From contig CAZGBL010000002.1 of NCBI GenBank assembly GCA_964523955.1, forward strand, positions 1-29,313: 29,313 bases of DNA, given 5' to 3'. Below, in pieces: positions 1 to 8,339 of this stretch. Under the pieces are notes generated by a model, which was given only the letters and a program-made list of their open reading frames with translations, was not told the DNA's origin and ran no database searches. Positions within the stretch are counted from its first letter, which is position 1. Each line of letters begins with the position of its first letter. The DNA comes from an uncultured Oscillospiraceae bacterium (GTDB lineage Bacteria > Bacillota > Clostridia > Peptostreptococcales > Anaerovoracaceae). Made by a program: the position numbers and the translations under genes.

Positions 1-131
1 CTGGCGCTTGTTATATTACAAAAAAATATTTCCTATTTCAAAAGCTATCAAAAAAAGGTATAATATTCAGTGGGTAATGATAGATATTCATGGCTTAACC
101 AACAGTATTTTTAGCTGAAAGGTATTTCATT

Positions 132-587
132 ATGAGATATTCCCGACAGGATAAAATCCTGGAAATCATAGCGGAAAATGAAATCGAAACGCAAGAGGCT
201 CTGGCGGAAAAACTGGCAGAAAGCGGATTTAATGTGACTCAAGCTACGATCTCAAGAGATATAAAAGAGCTGCAGCTTATCAAAACACAATCCTCCAGCG
301 GTCGCTACAAATATGCTATCGCACCACAGGTCTCCGCTTCAGGTGCCAGCGACAGATTTCATAAAATATTCAAAAATACGGTCAGCTCTATCGCTTCTTC
401 CGGCAATATTATCGTCCTTAAGACACTTTCAGGATGCGCTAATGCTGCAGGAGAAGCCATTGACTCTATAGGCTCTGACGGTATTCTCGGCTGTCTGGCA
501 GGCGACAATACGGTATTTGTCGTCGTAGATTCTCCCGGCCATGTTCCTGTGATCGTCAAGAAATTTTCTGACATCATAGGAGGCTGA
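132..587 (+). CDS. argR: Arginine repressor ArgR
   Basis: 151 aa. N-terminal wHTH with TQEALAEKL..GFNVTQATISRDIKEL; C-terminal oligomerisation/arginine-binding motif GCLAGDNTVFV; directly upstream of recN as is usual in Bacillota. Confidence 0.96.
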   Translation: MRYSRQDKILEIIAENEIETQEALAEKLAESGFNVTQATISRDIKELQLIKTQSSSGRYKYAIAPQVSASGASDRFHKIFKNTVSSIASSGNIIVLKTLSGCANAAGEAIDSIGSDGILGCLAGDNTVFVVVDSPGHVPVIVKKFSDIIGG

Positions 588-764
588 CTGCACCCAGCGG
601 CAAAATCGTTCCTTTACTGCCTTCAAACCGCAAAAAATCGAAACCATCTGACAGAGTCCCTCATTCGAGCCGCCTGACAGATACCGCAGCGGATTTGCAG
701 AATAAACCGATATTTCGTTCGTCTGTCTATGGCCGCAGCGGTCAAAAGAAAAGAAAGCGGTGAA

Positions 765-2456
765 ATGATGCTGACACATATCTATATTAAAAATTTCGCT
801 ATTATACGCGAAATCGATATTGATCTCGAAGCAGGACTCAACATTATCACAGGAGAAACTGGAACGGGAAAATCCATCGTCATTCAAGCCATCAGTACAG
901 CCCTCGGCGGCAGAGGGAGCTCCTCTCTTGTTGCGAAAGGCTGCGATCGCGCGCTGGTTCAGCTGATTTTTTCCCTTTCGGCGGAGGAAAAAGAGCGGAT
1001 CAATTCCGACTGTGACTATTCTCTGGAAGATATAGACGAAGATCTCATAATTTCTCGGGATATTCACGCTTCTGGAAAGAGCATCGCCCGCATCAATGGC
1101 CGAATCGTCAACCTGTCCGTCTTGAGCAGTGTCACGTCGCTTCTCATCGATATTCACGGACAGTACGATAATCAGATGCTTCTAAATTCTGACAATCATA
1201 TGAAAATACTGGACAGCTTTACCGGAGAGAAGATTTTTCCCGTCAAGAAGAGACTGGCTCTCACATTTGAAAATTACCAGACCGCCAGACGAACTCTTGC
1301 TAAACTGCTCAAAGAGCACGGTGAATATCTCCGCAGGCAGGATTTTCTTCGCTACGAATTAGATGAAATCACAGCGGCGGCGCCTATCATAGGTGAAGAC
1401 GAAGAACTGACGCAGCGCCTATCCATTCTGCAGAACAGCGAGAAAATTTACGCCTCCCTCAACGAGGTATATGAGCTGCTCTACGAAAACTCTTTGGAAC
1501 GCTGCGCCGCATTGCTCTCCGATATCGCTGACTACGATACTTCTTATGCTGCTTTTTTGGAGTCTGTTCAAAACTGTCTGTATACATTAGAAGACACCTG
1601 CGCGGAAATCAGAAAGGCACGCGATAACATCACGTTTTCACCGGAAGAAATAGATACGGTTCTCGAAAGAATTGATACATTAGAAAAACTCAAAAGAAAA
1701 TACGGCGGAACCATCGATAAAGTACTCGAATATCGGCAGCAAGTCGCAGAGGAACTGAATACTTTTGAAAATATCGACGACAGAGAAAAAGAACTGAAGA
1801 TACAGATCCAAGATTTACAAAAACAACTTGATGTATTGTGCGGACAATTGACCGCACTGCGTAAAGAAGCAGCCGTCAGATTGTCCGAAGAGATGACCGA
1901 TCAGCTGACACAGCTGAATTTTAAGAATGTTCAGTTCGCTGCAAAGTTAGATGCTTTGACAGATGTAAAAGGCAGAAAGCTCTATTCCGCAGAAGGCACA
2001 GATCTGGTGGAGTTTTTCTTCAACGCAAACAAAGGAGCTGAACTAAAGCCCTTGGCCGATGTGGCGTCCGGAGGAGAAATCTCCAGGATCTCTCTGGCGT
2101 TCAAATGTCTTACGGAAGGTTTGGGAACCACGCAGACCATGATTTTCGATGAAATCGATACCGGTATCAGCGGTATCACCGCCAGCGTAGTGGGCAAAAA
2201 AATGTCACAGCTGGGACAGAATCATCAGATTCTCTGCATCACTCACCTGCCGCAGATTGCGGCTGCAGGCGATCATCAGTACCAGATCTCAAAAGACGAG
2301 GATGATGACAGCAATTATACTACGATCTGCAAATTGAATGAAAAGGACAGGATCACGGAAATTGCCCGCCTTCTGGGCGGTATGAACATCACGCCGACGA
2401 CATTGGCCAGCGCAGAGGAACTCCTTCAGAGTTCTAAATATCGCGAGAATCTTTAA
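765..2456 (+). CDS. recN: DNA repair protein RecN (SMC-like ATPase)
   Basis: Walker A ITGETGTGKS, long coiled coil, ABC signature VASGGEISR, Walker B MIFDEIDTG, ITHLPQIAA. The ORF opens at 729, but ATG 765 (MMLTHIYIKNF, the typical RecN start, preceded by AAAGCGGTG) is the more likely start. Confidence 0.97.
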   Translation: MMLTHIYIKNFAIIREIDIDLEAGLNIITGETGTGKSIVIQAISTALGGRGSSSLVAKGCDRALVQLIFSLSAEEKERINSDCDYSLEDIDEDLIISRDIHASGKSIARINGRIVNLSVLSSVTSLLIDIHGQYDNQMLLNSDNHMKILDSFTGEKIFPVKKRLALTFENYQTARRTLAKLLKEHGEYLRRQDFLRYELDEITAAAPIIGEDEELTQRLSILQNSEKIYASLNEVYELLYENSLERCAALLSDIADYDTSYAAFLESVQNCLYTLEDTCAEIRKARDNITFSPEEIDTVLERIDTLEKLKRKYGGTIDKVLEYRQQVAEELNTFENIDDREKELKIQIQDLQKQLDVLCGQLTALRKEAAVRLSEEMTDQLTQLNFKNVQFAAKLDALTDVKGRKLYSAEGTDLVEFFFNANKGAELKPLADVASGGEISRISLAFKCLTEGLGTTQTMIFDEIDTGISGITASVVGKKMSQLGQNHQILCITHLPQIAAAGDHQYQISKDEDDDSNYTTICKLNEKDRITEIARLLGGMNITPTTLASAEELLQSSKYRENL

Positions 2457-2494
2457 AACTGCAAATCACTCATTTTACGAAAATGTTGTGTTAT

Positions 2495-2551
2495 AAAAAA
2501 GAAATCCGGCAGAAGAGGGTCACTCCGCCTCTTCTGCCGGATTTCTTTTTT
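2495..2551. terminator. Bidirectional intrinsic terminator between convergent recN and aroK
   Basis: Perfect 24-bp inverted repeat AAAAAAGAAATCCGGCAGAAGAGG (2495-2518) / CCTCTTCTGCCGGATTTCTTTTTT (2528-2551) with a 9-nt loop; A-tract and T-tract flanks give a U-tract on both strands. Confidence 0.92.
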
Positions 2552-2567
2552 GCTTTGTCTTGTTTCA

Positions 2568-3059
2568 TCAGACACGCTTTAAAATCTCCGAAATGACGTC
2601 TTCAATCGAAAGATCGACTGCATCGATGGTAATATCCGCATACTTCTCATAAAGCGGCACGCGATAATCATACAGATCTGCCAGCGTTTCCCCTGGCTTC
2701 ATAGCGATGCCCCGCGTCTTGATGTTTTTCAGCCGCCGATCGATCTCCGAAAGCGGCAGTTTCAGGTAGACGACGACACCGTTTTCCTTTAAATGATTCA
2801 TCGCTTTCTCACTGTAAACGGCGCTTCCGCCGGTAGAAATTACAGAATTTTCCACATCGACAGATGTGAGAACCTTCTCCTCAATTTTAAGGAAAGTATT
2901 CATTCCCTGATTATCTATAATATATTGAAGCTTTTTTTTCTCTTCCTGCTGAATCATCAGATCTGTGTCCACAAAAGCCATCGCCGCCGTCTTAGCGAGA
3001 ATCACACCCACACTGCTCTTGCCGCAAGCCGGCATGCCGATCAAAACGATATTTTTCAT
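2568..3059 (-). CDS. aroK: Shikimate kinase
   Basis: 163 aa. IVLIGMPACGKSSVG Walker A, FVDTD, VISTGGS, R..LYEKYAD; RBS GAGGAGG upstream. Confidence 0.92.
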   Translation of the reverse strand: MKNIVLIGMPACGKSSVGVILAKTAAMAFVDTDLMIQQEEKKKLQYIIDNQGMNTFLKIEEKVLTSVDVENSVISTGGSAVYSEKAMNHLKENGVVVYLKLPLSEIDRRLKNIKTRGIAMKPGETLADLYDYRVPLYEKYADITIDAVDLSIEDVISEILKRV

Positions 3060-3135
3060 GACTTTAGTCCCTCCTCTATGGAGCTGCTGTCGGCGCTATC
3101 ACACCGTGAAAGCATTCTCAAATCTATGCCGCATC

Positions 3136-3161
3136 AAAAAACCGGAGCATTTCTGCTCCGG
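3136..3161 (-). terminator. Intrinsic terminator downstream of ispH-rpsA
   Basis: Minus strand CCGGAGCA-GAAA-TGCTCCGG-TTTTTT: 8-bp GC-rich stem, GAAA tetraloop, U6 tract, about 110 nt after the stop codon at 3270. Confidence 0.85.
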
Positions 3162-3269
3162 CAATCGCAATCAAAAGAACAAACGCACAGTACAAGGTAC
3201 TCATCGATAAAATAACAAAATACCGTTACACGTTAAATCGATATTTGCTGTTTTTTCATAAGAAAGGTA

Positions 3270-5366
3270 CTATTCTGCATCTCCTGCGTCTTCTGCTGGT
3301 TCTTCTGCAGCCACAGCTTCTGTTTCTGCTTCAGCTTCTGCTGCAGGAGCCTCAAGTGTCTCCTTGATGCTTAAACTGATTCTCTTCTTTTCTTCATCGA
3401 TATCGAGAATCTTAGCGGCTACTGTCTGACCGATACTGATTTCATCAGCGATGTTCGTAACTCTCTTGTGAGCAATTTCAGAGATATGTACGAGACCATC
3501 GAGACCCGGTTCGAGTTCTACAAATGCGCCGTACTCTTTAATCTGAACAACCTTACCTTCTACAACCTGACCTGCCTGATAATGCTCATTGATTACCGAC
3601 CAAGGTTCCGGCGTATTCTGCTTGAGACCAAGAGAAATTTTTCCCTTCTCTTCGTTCATGGAAAGGATCTTAACATTGATCTTCTCGCCGATTTTGAGAG
3701 CTTCCTGCGGATGCTTGAGCTTACCCCAGGAGATTTCAGAGATGTGAAGGAGACCGTCGATGCCGCCGATATCTACGAACGCGCCGTAGTCGGTGAATCT
3801 CATAACAGTACCCTCTACCGTATCGCCGACATTGATGGAAGACCAGATTTCTGCAATCTTCTTGCTCTTTTCCTCTGCGAGATACGCCTTGTGAGAGAAG
3901 ACTGCCTTATTTCTCCTCTGATCAACTCTCGTAACCTTTACAGTAAGAACCTTACCGATAAATTCATCTGCCTTCTCAACATATCTGTCGTTTAACTGAG
4001 ACATAGGAATAAAGCCGGTAACTTCCTTGTAAGCTGCGATTACGCCGCCTTTAACTTCTCTGATAACTTTAGCAGTAACAAACGATTTATCTTCATAAGC
4101 CTTGATGATTTCATTCCAGTGCTCGCTGATTTCAACCTTTTTACGAGATAATAAGATGTTGCCGTCGCCATCATCTGTCTTTAATACCTTAGCTTCAACG
4201 ACGTCGCCCAATTTAAAGAGAGATTCGATATCCTGATCTGCTTCAAGCGCAATCTCGTCTTTCGGAATGATGCCGTCCTTTTTGCAGCCTAAGTTTACAT
4301 AAACTTCACGCGGTCCTACCTGAATCACTTCGCCTTTTACGATTTCTCCACGCTGCGGCATCTTTAATGATTTTTCGATTTCTGCCATAAAGTCGTGCAT
4401 TTCGTTAGCTTCGTCGATGTTGTTAGTGATAACGTCACTCATGTTAGAAATAACCTCCTTAATTATTCGTTCGGGTGCCGATGCACCCGCCGATATTCCA
4501 ATTCTATTATATTTTTCAATATCTTTCAATGGTAAATGTAATCTATTTTCTATAAAATAAGTTTTCTCGCAGACTTCAGACGCGATTTCAAATAGCCTTC
4601 TGCTGTTGGAGCTGTCCTTTCCACCGATGACGATCATCAGATCGGACTGCTCCGCCACACGTCTGCAGGCATTCTGACGATTCGTGGTGGCACTGCAGAT
4701 CGTACATTTCAAAACAGCCTCCGGATATTCCTCTATCAGAGCCTCAGCGCAGGAATCCCACACTTTTCTATTGAGTGTCGTCTGAGCTACCGCGAAAATT
4801 CCTCTTCCTGATGTCCTGGCCTCTGTAAGCCGCTGCTGGTTCTCCGGAAGAGAGAGCTGCGTCGGATCGTTGATGACAATCGCTTGATTGTCACACCACC
4901 CGTCGATGCCGATCACTTCCGGATGGGATGCATCCCCCACTACAACGACCTCTTTCCCTTCTTTATACGCTTCATTTGCCAGACGATGTATTTTTTTTAC
5001 ATGCGGACAAGTAGCGTCTATCAACAGACCGCAGGACTGTCTGATCGCATCTTCCTCTTTCTGTCCCACACCGTGAGAACGGATGATAATCGCTGCATCC
5101 GGCTCTATACTGCCGATTTTTTCACAGATTTCCACGCCTCTGTTCTTCAAATCGTTTACCACATCGTCGTTATGAATGATAGGTCCATATGTATAGACCT
5201 TTTTTCCCGTATTCTTCAGTCTTTCTACCGTTTCCAGCGTTTTTTCAAGAGCTGTCATCACACCATAACAAAATCCGGAATATTCCGCTCTGGTAATCGT
5301 CTTGCCGTTTCGCTCAAATTCAATTTTATCCGCCATATGGTCTCTCTGATTACTCCTCTCGATCAT
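3270..5366 (-). CDS. ispH-rpsA: Bifunctional 4-hydroxy-3-methylbut-2-enyl diphosphate reductase / 30S ribosomal protein S1 fusion (IspH-RPS1)
   Basis: The IspH half has the three [4Fe-4S] cysteines (GFCYGV, DATCPHV, TICSAT) plus IIHN, RSHG, AQTT, SSNS and SAGASAP. Four S1 repeats follow (e.g. FTDYGAFVDIGGIDGLLHISEI, EYGAFVELEPGLDGLVHISEI), then an Ala/Glu tail. Start is 5366 (ATGA overlap with the rarA stop) or 5336. Confidence 0.96.
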   Translation of the reverse strand: MIERSNQRDHMADKIEFERNGKTITRAEYSGFCYGVMTALEKTLETVERLKNTGKKVYTYGPIIHNDDVVNDLKNRGVEICEKIGSIEPDAAIIIRSHGVGQKEEDAIRQSCGLLIDATCPHVKKIHRLANEAYKEGKEVVVVGDASHPEVIGIDGWCDNQAIVINDPTQLSLPENQQRLTEARTSGRGIFAVAQTTLNRKVWDSCAEALIEEYPEAVLKCTICSATTNRQNACRRVAEQSDLMIVIGGKDSSNSRRLFEIASEVCEKTYFIENRLHLPLKDIEKYNRIGISAGASAPERIIKEVISNMSDVITNNIDEANEMHDFMAEIEKSLKMPQRGEIVKGEVIQVGPREVYVNLGCKKDGIIPKDEIALEADQDIESLFKLGDVVEAKVLKTDDGDGNILLSRKKVEISEHWNEIIKAYEDKSFVTAKVIREVKGGVIAAYKEVTGFIPMSQLNDRYVEKADEFIGKVLTVKVTRVDQRRNKAVFSHKAYLAEEKSKKIAEIWSSINVGDTVEGTVMRFTDYGAFVDIGGIDGLLHISEISWGKLKHPQEALKIGEKINVKILSMNEEKGKISLGLKQNTPEPWSVINEHYQAGQVVEGKVVQIKEYGAFVELEPGLDGLVHISEIAHKRVTNIADEISIGQTVAAKILDIDEEKKRISLSIKETLEAPAAEAEAETEAVAAEEPAEDAGDAE

Positions 5367-6637
5367 TTTCTTCCGCCGCGCAGGGCGTTTAGAAATTTTT
5401 TAAACGCGCCTTCCCTGCCGTTTTCCGTAGGATTGTAGTAGCGTATCTTCTCTTTGTACAAATTATCCGGTAAATACTGCTGTTCCACATATCCGCCGTA
5501 ATCGTGAGGATATTTGTAGCCGCCAATTCCCCGTTCCGATGCGCCTTTATAATGACAGTCCATAAGATGACGAGGCACCTCGTCGATCTTCCGCTGTCTC
5601 AGATCTTCAACAGCGCTGTCTATAGCCAGAATACAGGAATTCGATTTCGGACTGGATGCCAATAAAATCACCGCTTGCGCCAGATTGATTCTCGCCTCCG
5701 GAAAGCCTGTCATAAGAGCCGCCTGTACGCAGGATGTGACGATGCTGATCGCCTGAGGATACGCCATACCGATATCTTCAGAAGCGATAACAAGTAAGCG
5801 TCGTCCGATGGTCTGGGGATCTGCACCGCCCTCGATGAGGCGAGCCAGATAATGAACAGCGGCGTCGGGATCGCTGCCTCGAATCGACTTCTGCAGCGCT
5901 GACAGAAGATTGTACTTATCCTCGCTTTTATCGTAAAATGACACCTTCGACTGCATCGCCTCGCCCACGAGTTCCACTGTGATCTTCTGGCCAGCCGAAA
6001 TATTTTCGGCGATAAAGCCCAAAGTGTCGAGCGCCACTCGCGCGTCTCCATTGCTGAGATCAGCGATCATACTGACTGCGTCAGGATCATATGAGATCTG
6101 AAGCCTTTTCAGACCGCGCTCTTCATCTTTCAACGCATTGAGGAGGATTTCCTCCACCTCTTCCGTTTCCAGACGACGAAATTCATAGAGGGAACGAACT
6201 CTGCTGATCACCGCATTATTAATGGAAAAATAAGGATTTTCCGTAGTGCTTCCGATAAATTTAATAACGCCCTCTTCCAGCGCCTTCAAAAGAGAATCCT
6301 GCTGCAGCTTATTCCAGCGGTGAAATTCATCCACATAGACATATGTCGTCCTATTCTCCAGACCGTAAAACCGGAATTTTGCATCCTCCAAAATCTGCTT
6401 CAGCTCCTTCGTCCCGGCTACAGATGCGTTGATTTCGCAAAACTGAGCGTCCATTTCAGATGCGATAATGCGCGCCAGCGTCGTCTTCCCCGTACCGGAA
6501 GGTCCGTAAAAAATTCCTGATTCAAAGGTTTTGTTTTTGATCGAATTGAAGAGAAGCGATCCCTCGTATAGAAAATGCTTCTGTCCTTTAAAATCTTCAA
6601 TTCTTCTCGGCCGCATCGCCGTAGATAAAGGTATCAT
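5363..6637 (-). CDS. rarA: Replication-associated recombination protein A (RarA/MgsA AAA+ ATPase)
   Basis: PLSTAMRPRRIEDFKGQKH, Walker A GPSGTGKT, Walker B YVDEFHR, GSTTENPYF, GDAR sensor, SALQKSIRGSDPDAA, ASEDIG, YKYPHDY..VEQQYLP. Confidence 0.95.
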   Translation of the reverse strand: MIPLSTAMRPRRIEDFKGQKHFLYEGSLLFNSIKNKTFESGIFYGPSGTGKTTLARIIASEMDAQFCEINASVAGTKELKQILEDAKFRFYGLENRTTYVYVDEFHRWNKLQQDSLLKALEEGVIKFIGSTTENPYFSINNAVISRVRSLYEFRRLETEEVEEILLNALKDEERGLKRLQISYDPDAVSMIADLSNGDARVALDTLGFIAENISAGQKITVELVGEAMQSKVSFYDKSEDKYNLLSALQKSIRGSDPDAAVHYLARLIEGGADPQTIGRRLLVIASEDIGMAYPQAISIVTSCVQAALMTGFPEARINLAQAVILLASSPKSNSCILAIDSAVEDLRQRKIDEVPRHLMDCHYKGASERGIGGYKYPHDYGGYVEQQYLPDNLYKEKIRYYNPTENGREGAFKKFLNALRGGRK

Positions 6638-6817
6638 TCCGTTTTCCGTCTCCTCTTCTTCCGCGCCATTCCATATCCGCTGCCGCTTACCGCCAGCATT
6701 CCGCCGACGTCGAAAAATAGATCAACGTCGAGACTGTGCCGTTATTTCTTTTCCGTATCCTCACGGAAAAAGCAGCGCTCTCTCATATCCTGTACAAAAT
6801 TCCGTGCCGATCCAGCC

Positions 6818-7333
6818 TCAATACTCGACGCCTTTTCTTGCTTTCACTCCCCGGTCGAAAGGATGCTTAATCTTTTCCATGTCCGTCACATAGTCCGCTA
6901 TTTCGACCATCCAGCCGTCAGGTACTCTTCCCGTCATCACGATCTCAAAAACTCCGCGATAGCTTTCTGCCAGCTCCCTCAAGCGATCCGTCGAAATCAT
7001 CCCACGCTCTGCCGCAGTTACGCTCTCGTCCAAAATCAACAGCTGAGCGCCCGTCGTCAAAGCCTGCTCAAAAGCCTTCTCCAGCAATCTTCCATTGCTC
7101 GCTGCCGCCTTTTCCCGCTCTTCCGATGTCATCTGAAACGTAAATTTTTCGCTGAAGCCGCCTCGAAGAATCGTAATATTCGGAAGTAGAGCTAAACTGG
7201 AAAGCTCTCCTGTCTCCTGCCCTTTTAAAAACTGGGTGAAGACCACTTTCTGGCCGCTGCCGCATGCGCGCACAGCGAGTCCGATGGAAGCCGTCGTCTT
7301 CCCTTTCCCGTCACCGCAGTAAAGATGTACCAT
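6818..7333 (-). CDS. cobO: Cob(I)yrinic acid a,c-diamide adenosyltransferase (CobO/CobA/BtuR family)
   Basis: 171 aa. VHLYCGDGKGKTTASIGLAVRA, QFLKG, LLILDE, EIVMTGR, ADYVTDMEKIKHPFDRGVKARKGVEY. Confidence 0.93.
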   Translation of the reverse strand: MVHLYCGDGKGKTTASIGLAVRACGSGQKVVFTQFLKGQETGELSSLALLPNITILRGGFSEKFTFQMTSEEREKAAASNGRLLEKAFEQALTTGAQLLILDESVTAAERGMISTDRLRELAESYRGVFEIVMTGRVPDGWMVEIADYVTDMEKIKHPFDRGVKARKGVEY

Positions 7334-7334
7334 A

Positions 7335-8114
7335 TCAGTATGCCTCGATTCCTAAACGTGCCGTAAATATATCCCAAACCTGATCTGCAGACATTCCTTT
7401 GGGGCGCACGATCTCTCCCACAAGAGACACCTTAATCTTGGAAATCTCAGCCGCCTTAAGATTTTCCCTGAGCGACATAATATCCCCCGCCGATATGACC
7501 AAATGCGTAATCCTCTTCCCTTCTATGATACCGCACAGGAGAACTGCCGGCAGAGGCGTACTCATACAGATGATATTCTCCTCCGGATAGCCGGCGTCAC
7601 AGCAGATTTGAATGCTTTTCTCTTCCGGAGGAAGAAGCGCCACTACGCGATCTTTGAGCACTCCATCTTTTTCAGTAACGATAGCTTCGATCATATCATC
7701 ACAGCCGATCATCAGCACATTTCCGACAGTATAAGAAGCTTCCCGAATCACGTCGGAAACGTCGGCGCATCGAACAGTATGAGTAAAATCGATATCCACA
7801 CTGCTGGAAATTTTGTAGTAATCGAGTTCTATTTCCTCCGCTGTCTTTTTGATCTCATCCGATGCCGCAGCTGCATGGATCTCCGTTCCGTCCACCAGAA
7901 CGCTGATGCCTACTCTATTTACCCAGCTTTTTATATTTTCCGAATCCAAATAGCGAGGGATTACCGTAATGTTTCCTAAAACATGCTGACGAGAACCGTA
8001 TTCTTCTGATACAACAGCATAGATATGATCCGTATACTCTGCCAGAGAATCCACAAACATCTTCGCTTCCTTTGAGCCGACAAATACCATAATCTTCTCG
8101 TTTTTTACACTCAT
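7335..8114 (-). CDS. Divergent precorrin-6A/cobalt-precorrin-6A reductase (CobK/CbiJ)-like protein; conserved motifs degenerate
   Basis: The layout matches CbiJ (KIMVFVGSKEA..., VVSEEYG, ISVLVDGTEIHAAAAS..IKKTAEE, RVVALLP, CCDAGYPEENIICM, ITHLVIS..LKAAE), but each signature is altered. The likely start is ATG 8114 (RBS AAGGAG, 6-nt spacer), giving 259 aa; the ORF track extends it to 8285. Confidence 0.7.
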   Translation of the reverse strand: MSVKNEKIMVFVGSKEAKMFVDSLAEYTDHIYAVVSEEYGSRQHVLGNITVIPRYLDSENIKSWVNRVGISVLVDGTEIHAAAASDEIKKTAEEIELDYYKISSSVDIDFTHTVRCADVSDVIREASYTVGNVLMIGCDDMIEAIVTEKDGVLKDRVVALLPPEEKSIQICCDAGYPEENIICMSTPLPAVLLCGIIEGKRITHLVISAGDIMSLRENLKAAEISKIKVSLVGEIVRPKGMSADQVWDIFTARLGIEAY

Positions 8115-8339
8115 TCTGATCTCCTTAATCTGATCTTCCTTAAAATCACATTCCGGGACAAACATTCCGGTTTTCTCAACGTATCTGGTTTCTCGCAGTA
8201 CCATATCGCTATAACAAGCGCCAGATGTTTCTCCCCGCTTCTGTAAGCGGCGGGTTCCATTTCCGACTTTCGGTACCCGAGCCATAATCCCCCGCCGAAA
8301 CCCGGCTGAGCAAAGCTCCTGTCAAATCGGCGCGTGCCA

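Noticed and set aside
588-764. Short repeats (CTGACAGA x2, CCGCAGCGG x2) and a possible SOS box CGATATTTCGTTCG at 708-721 upstream of recN
   Set aside because: The repeats are 8-9 bp and expected by chance; the SOS-like site lacks the GAAC half, so it is not supportable.
429-1157. 242-aa minus-strand ORF
   Set aside because: Antisense shadow across argR and recN; no recognisable motif, no RBS, composition typical of reverse-frame text.
6638-6817. Hairpin TTTTCCGT-GAGGAT-ACGGAAAA between cobO and rarA
   Set aside because: Weak AT-rich stem with no downstream U-tract on the coding strand; no riboswitch or SOS motif recognised.
8115-8339. Cobalamin riboswitch upstream of the cbiJ-like/cobO pair
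   Set aside because: No B12-box or conserved GGGAA/GCCACTG core found here or upstream of the TPR gene.
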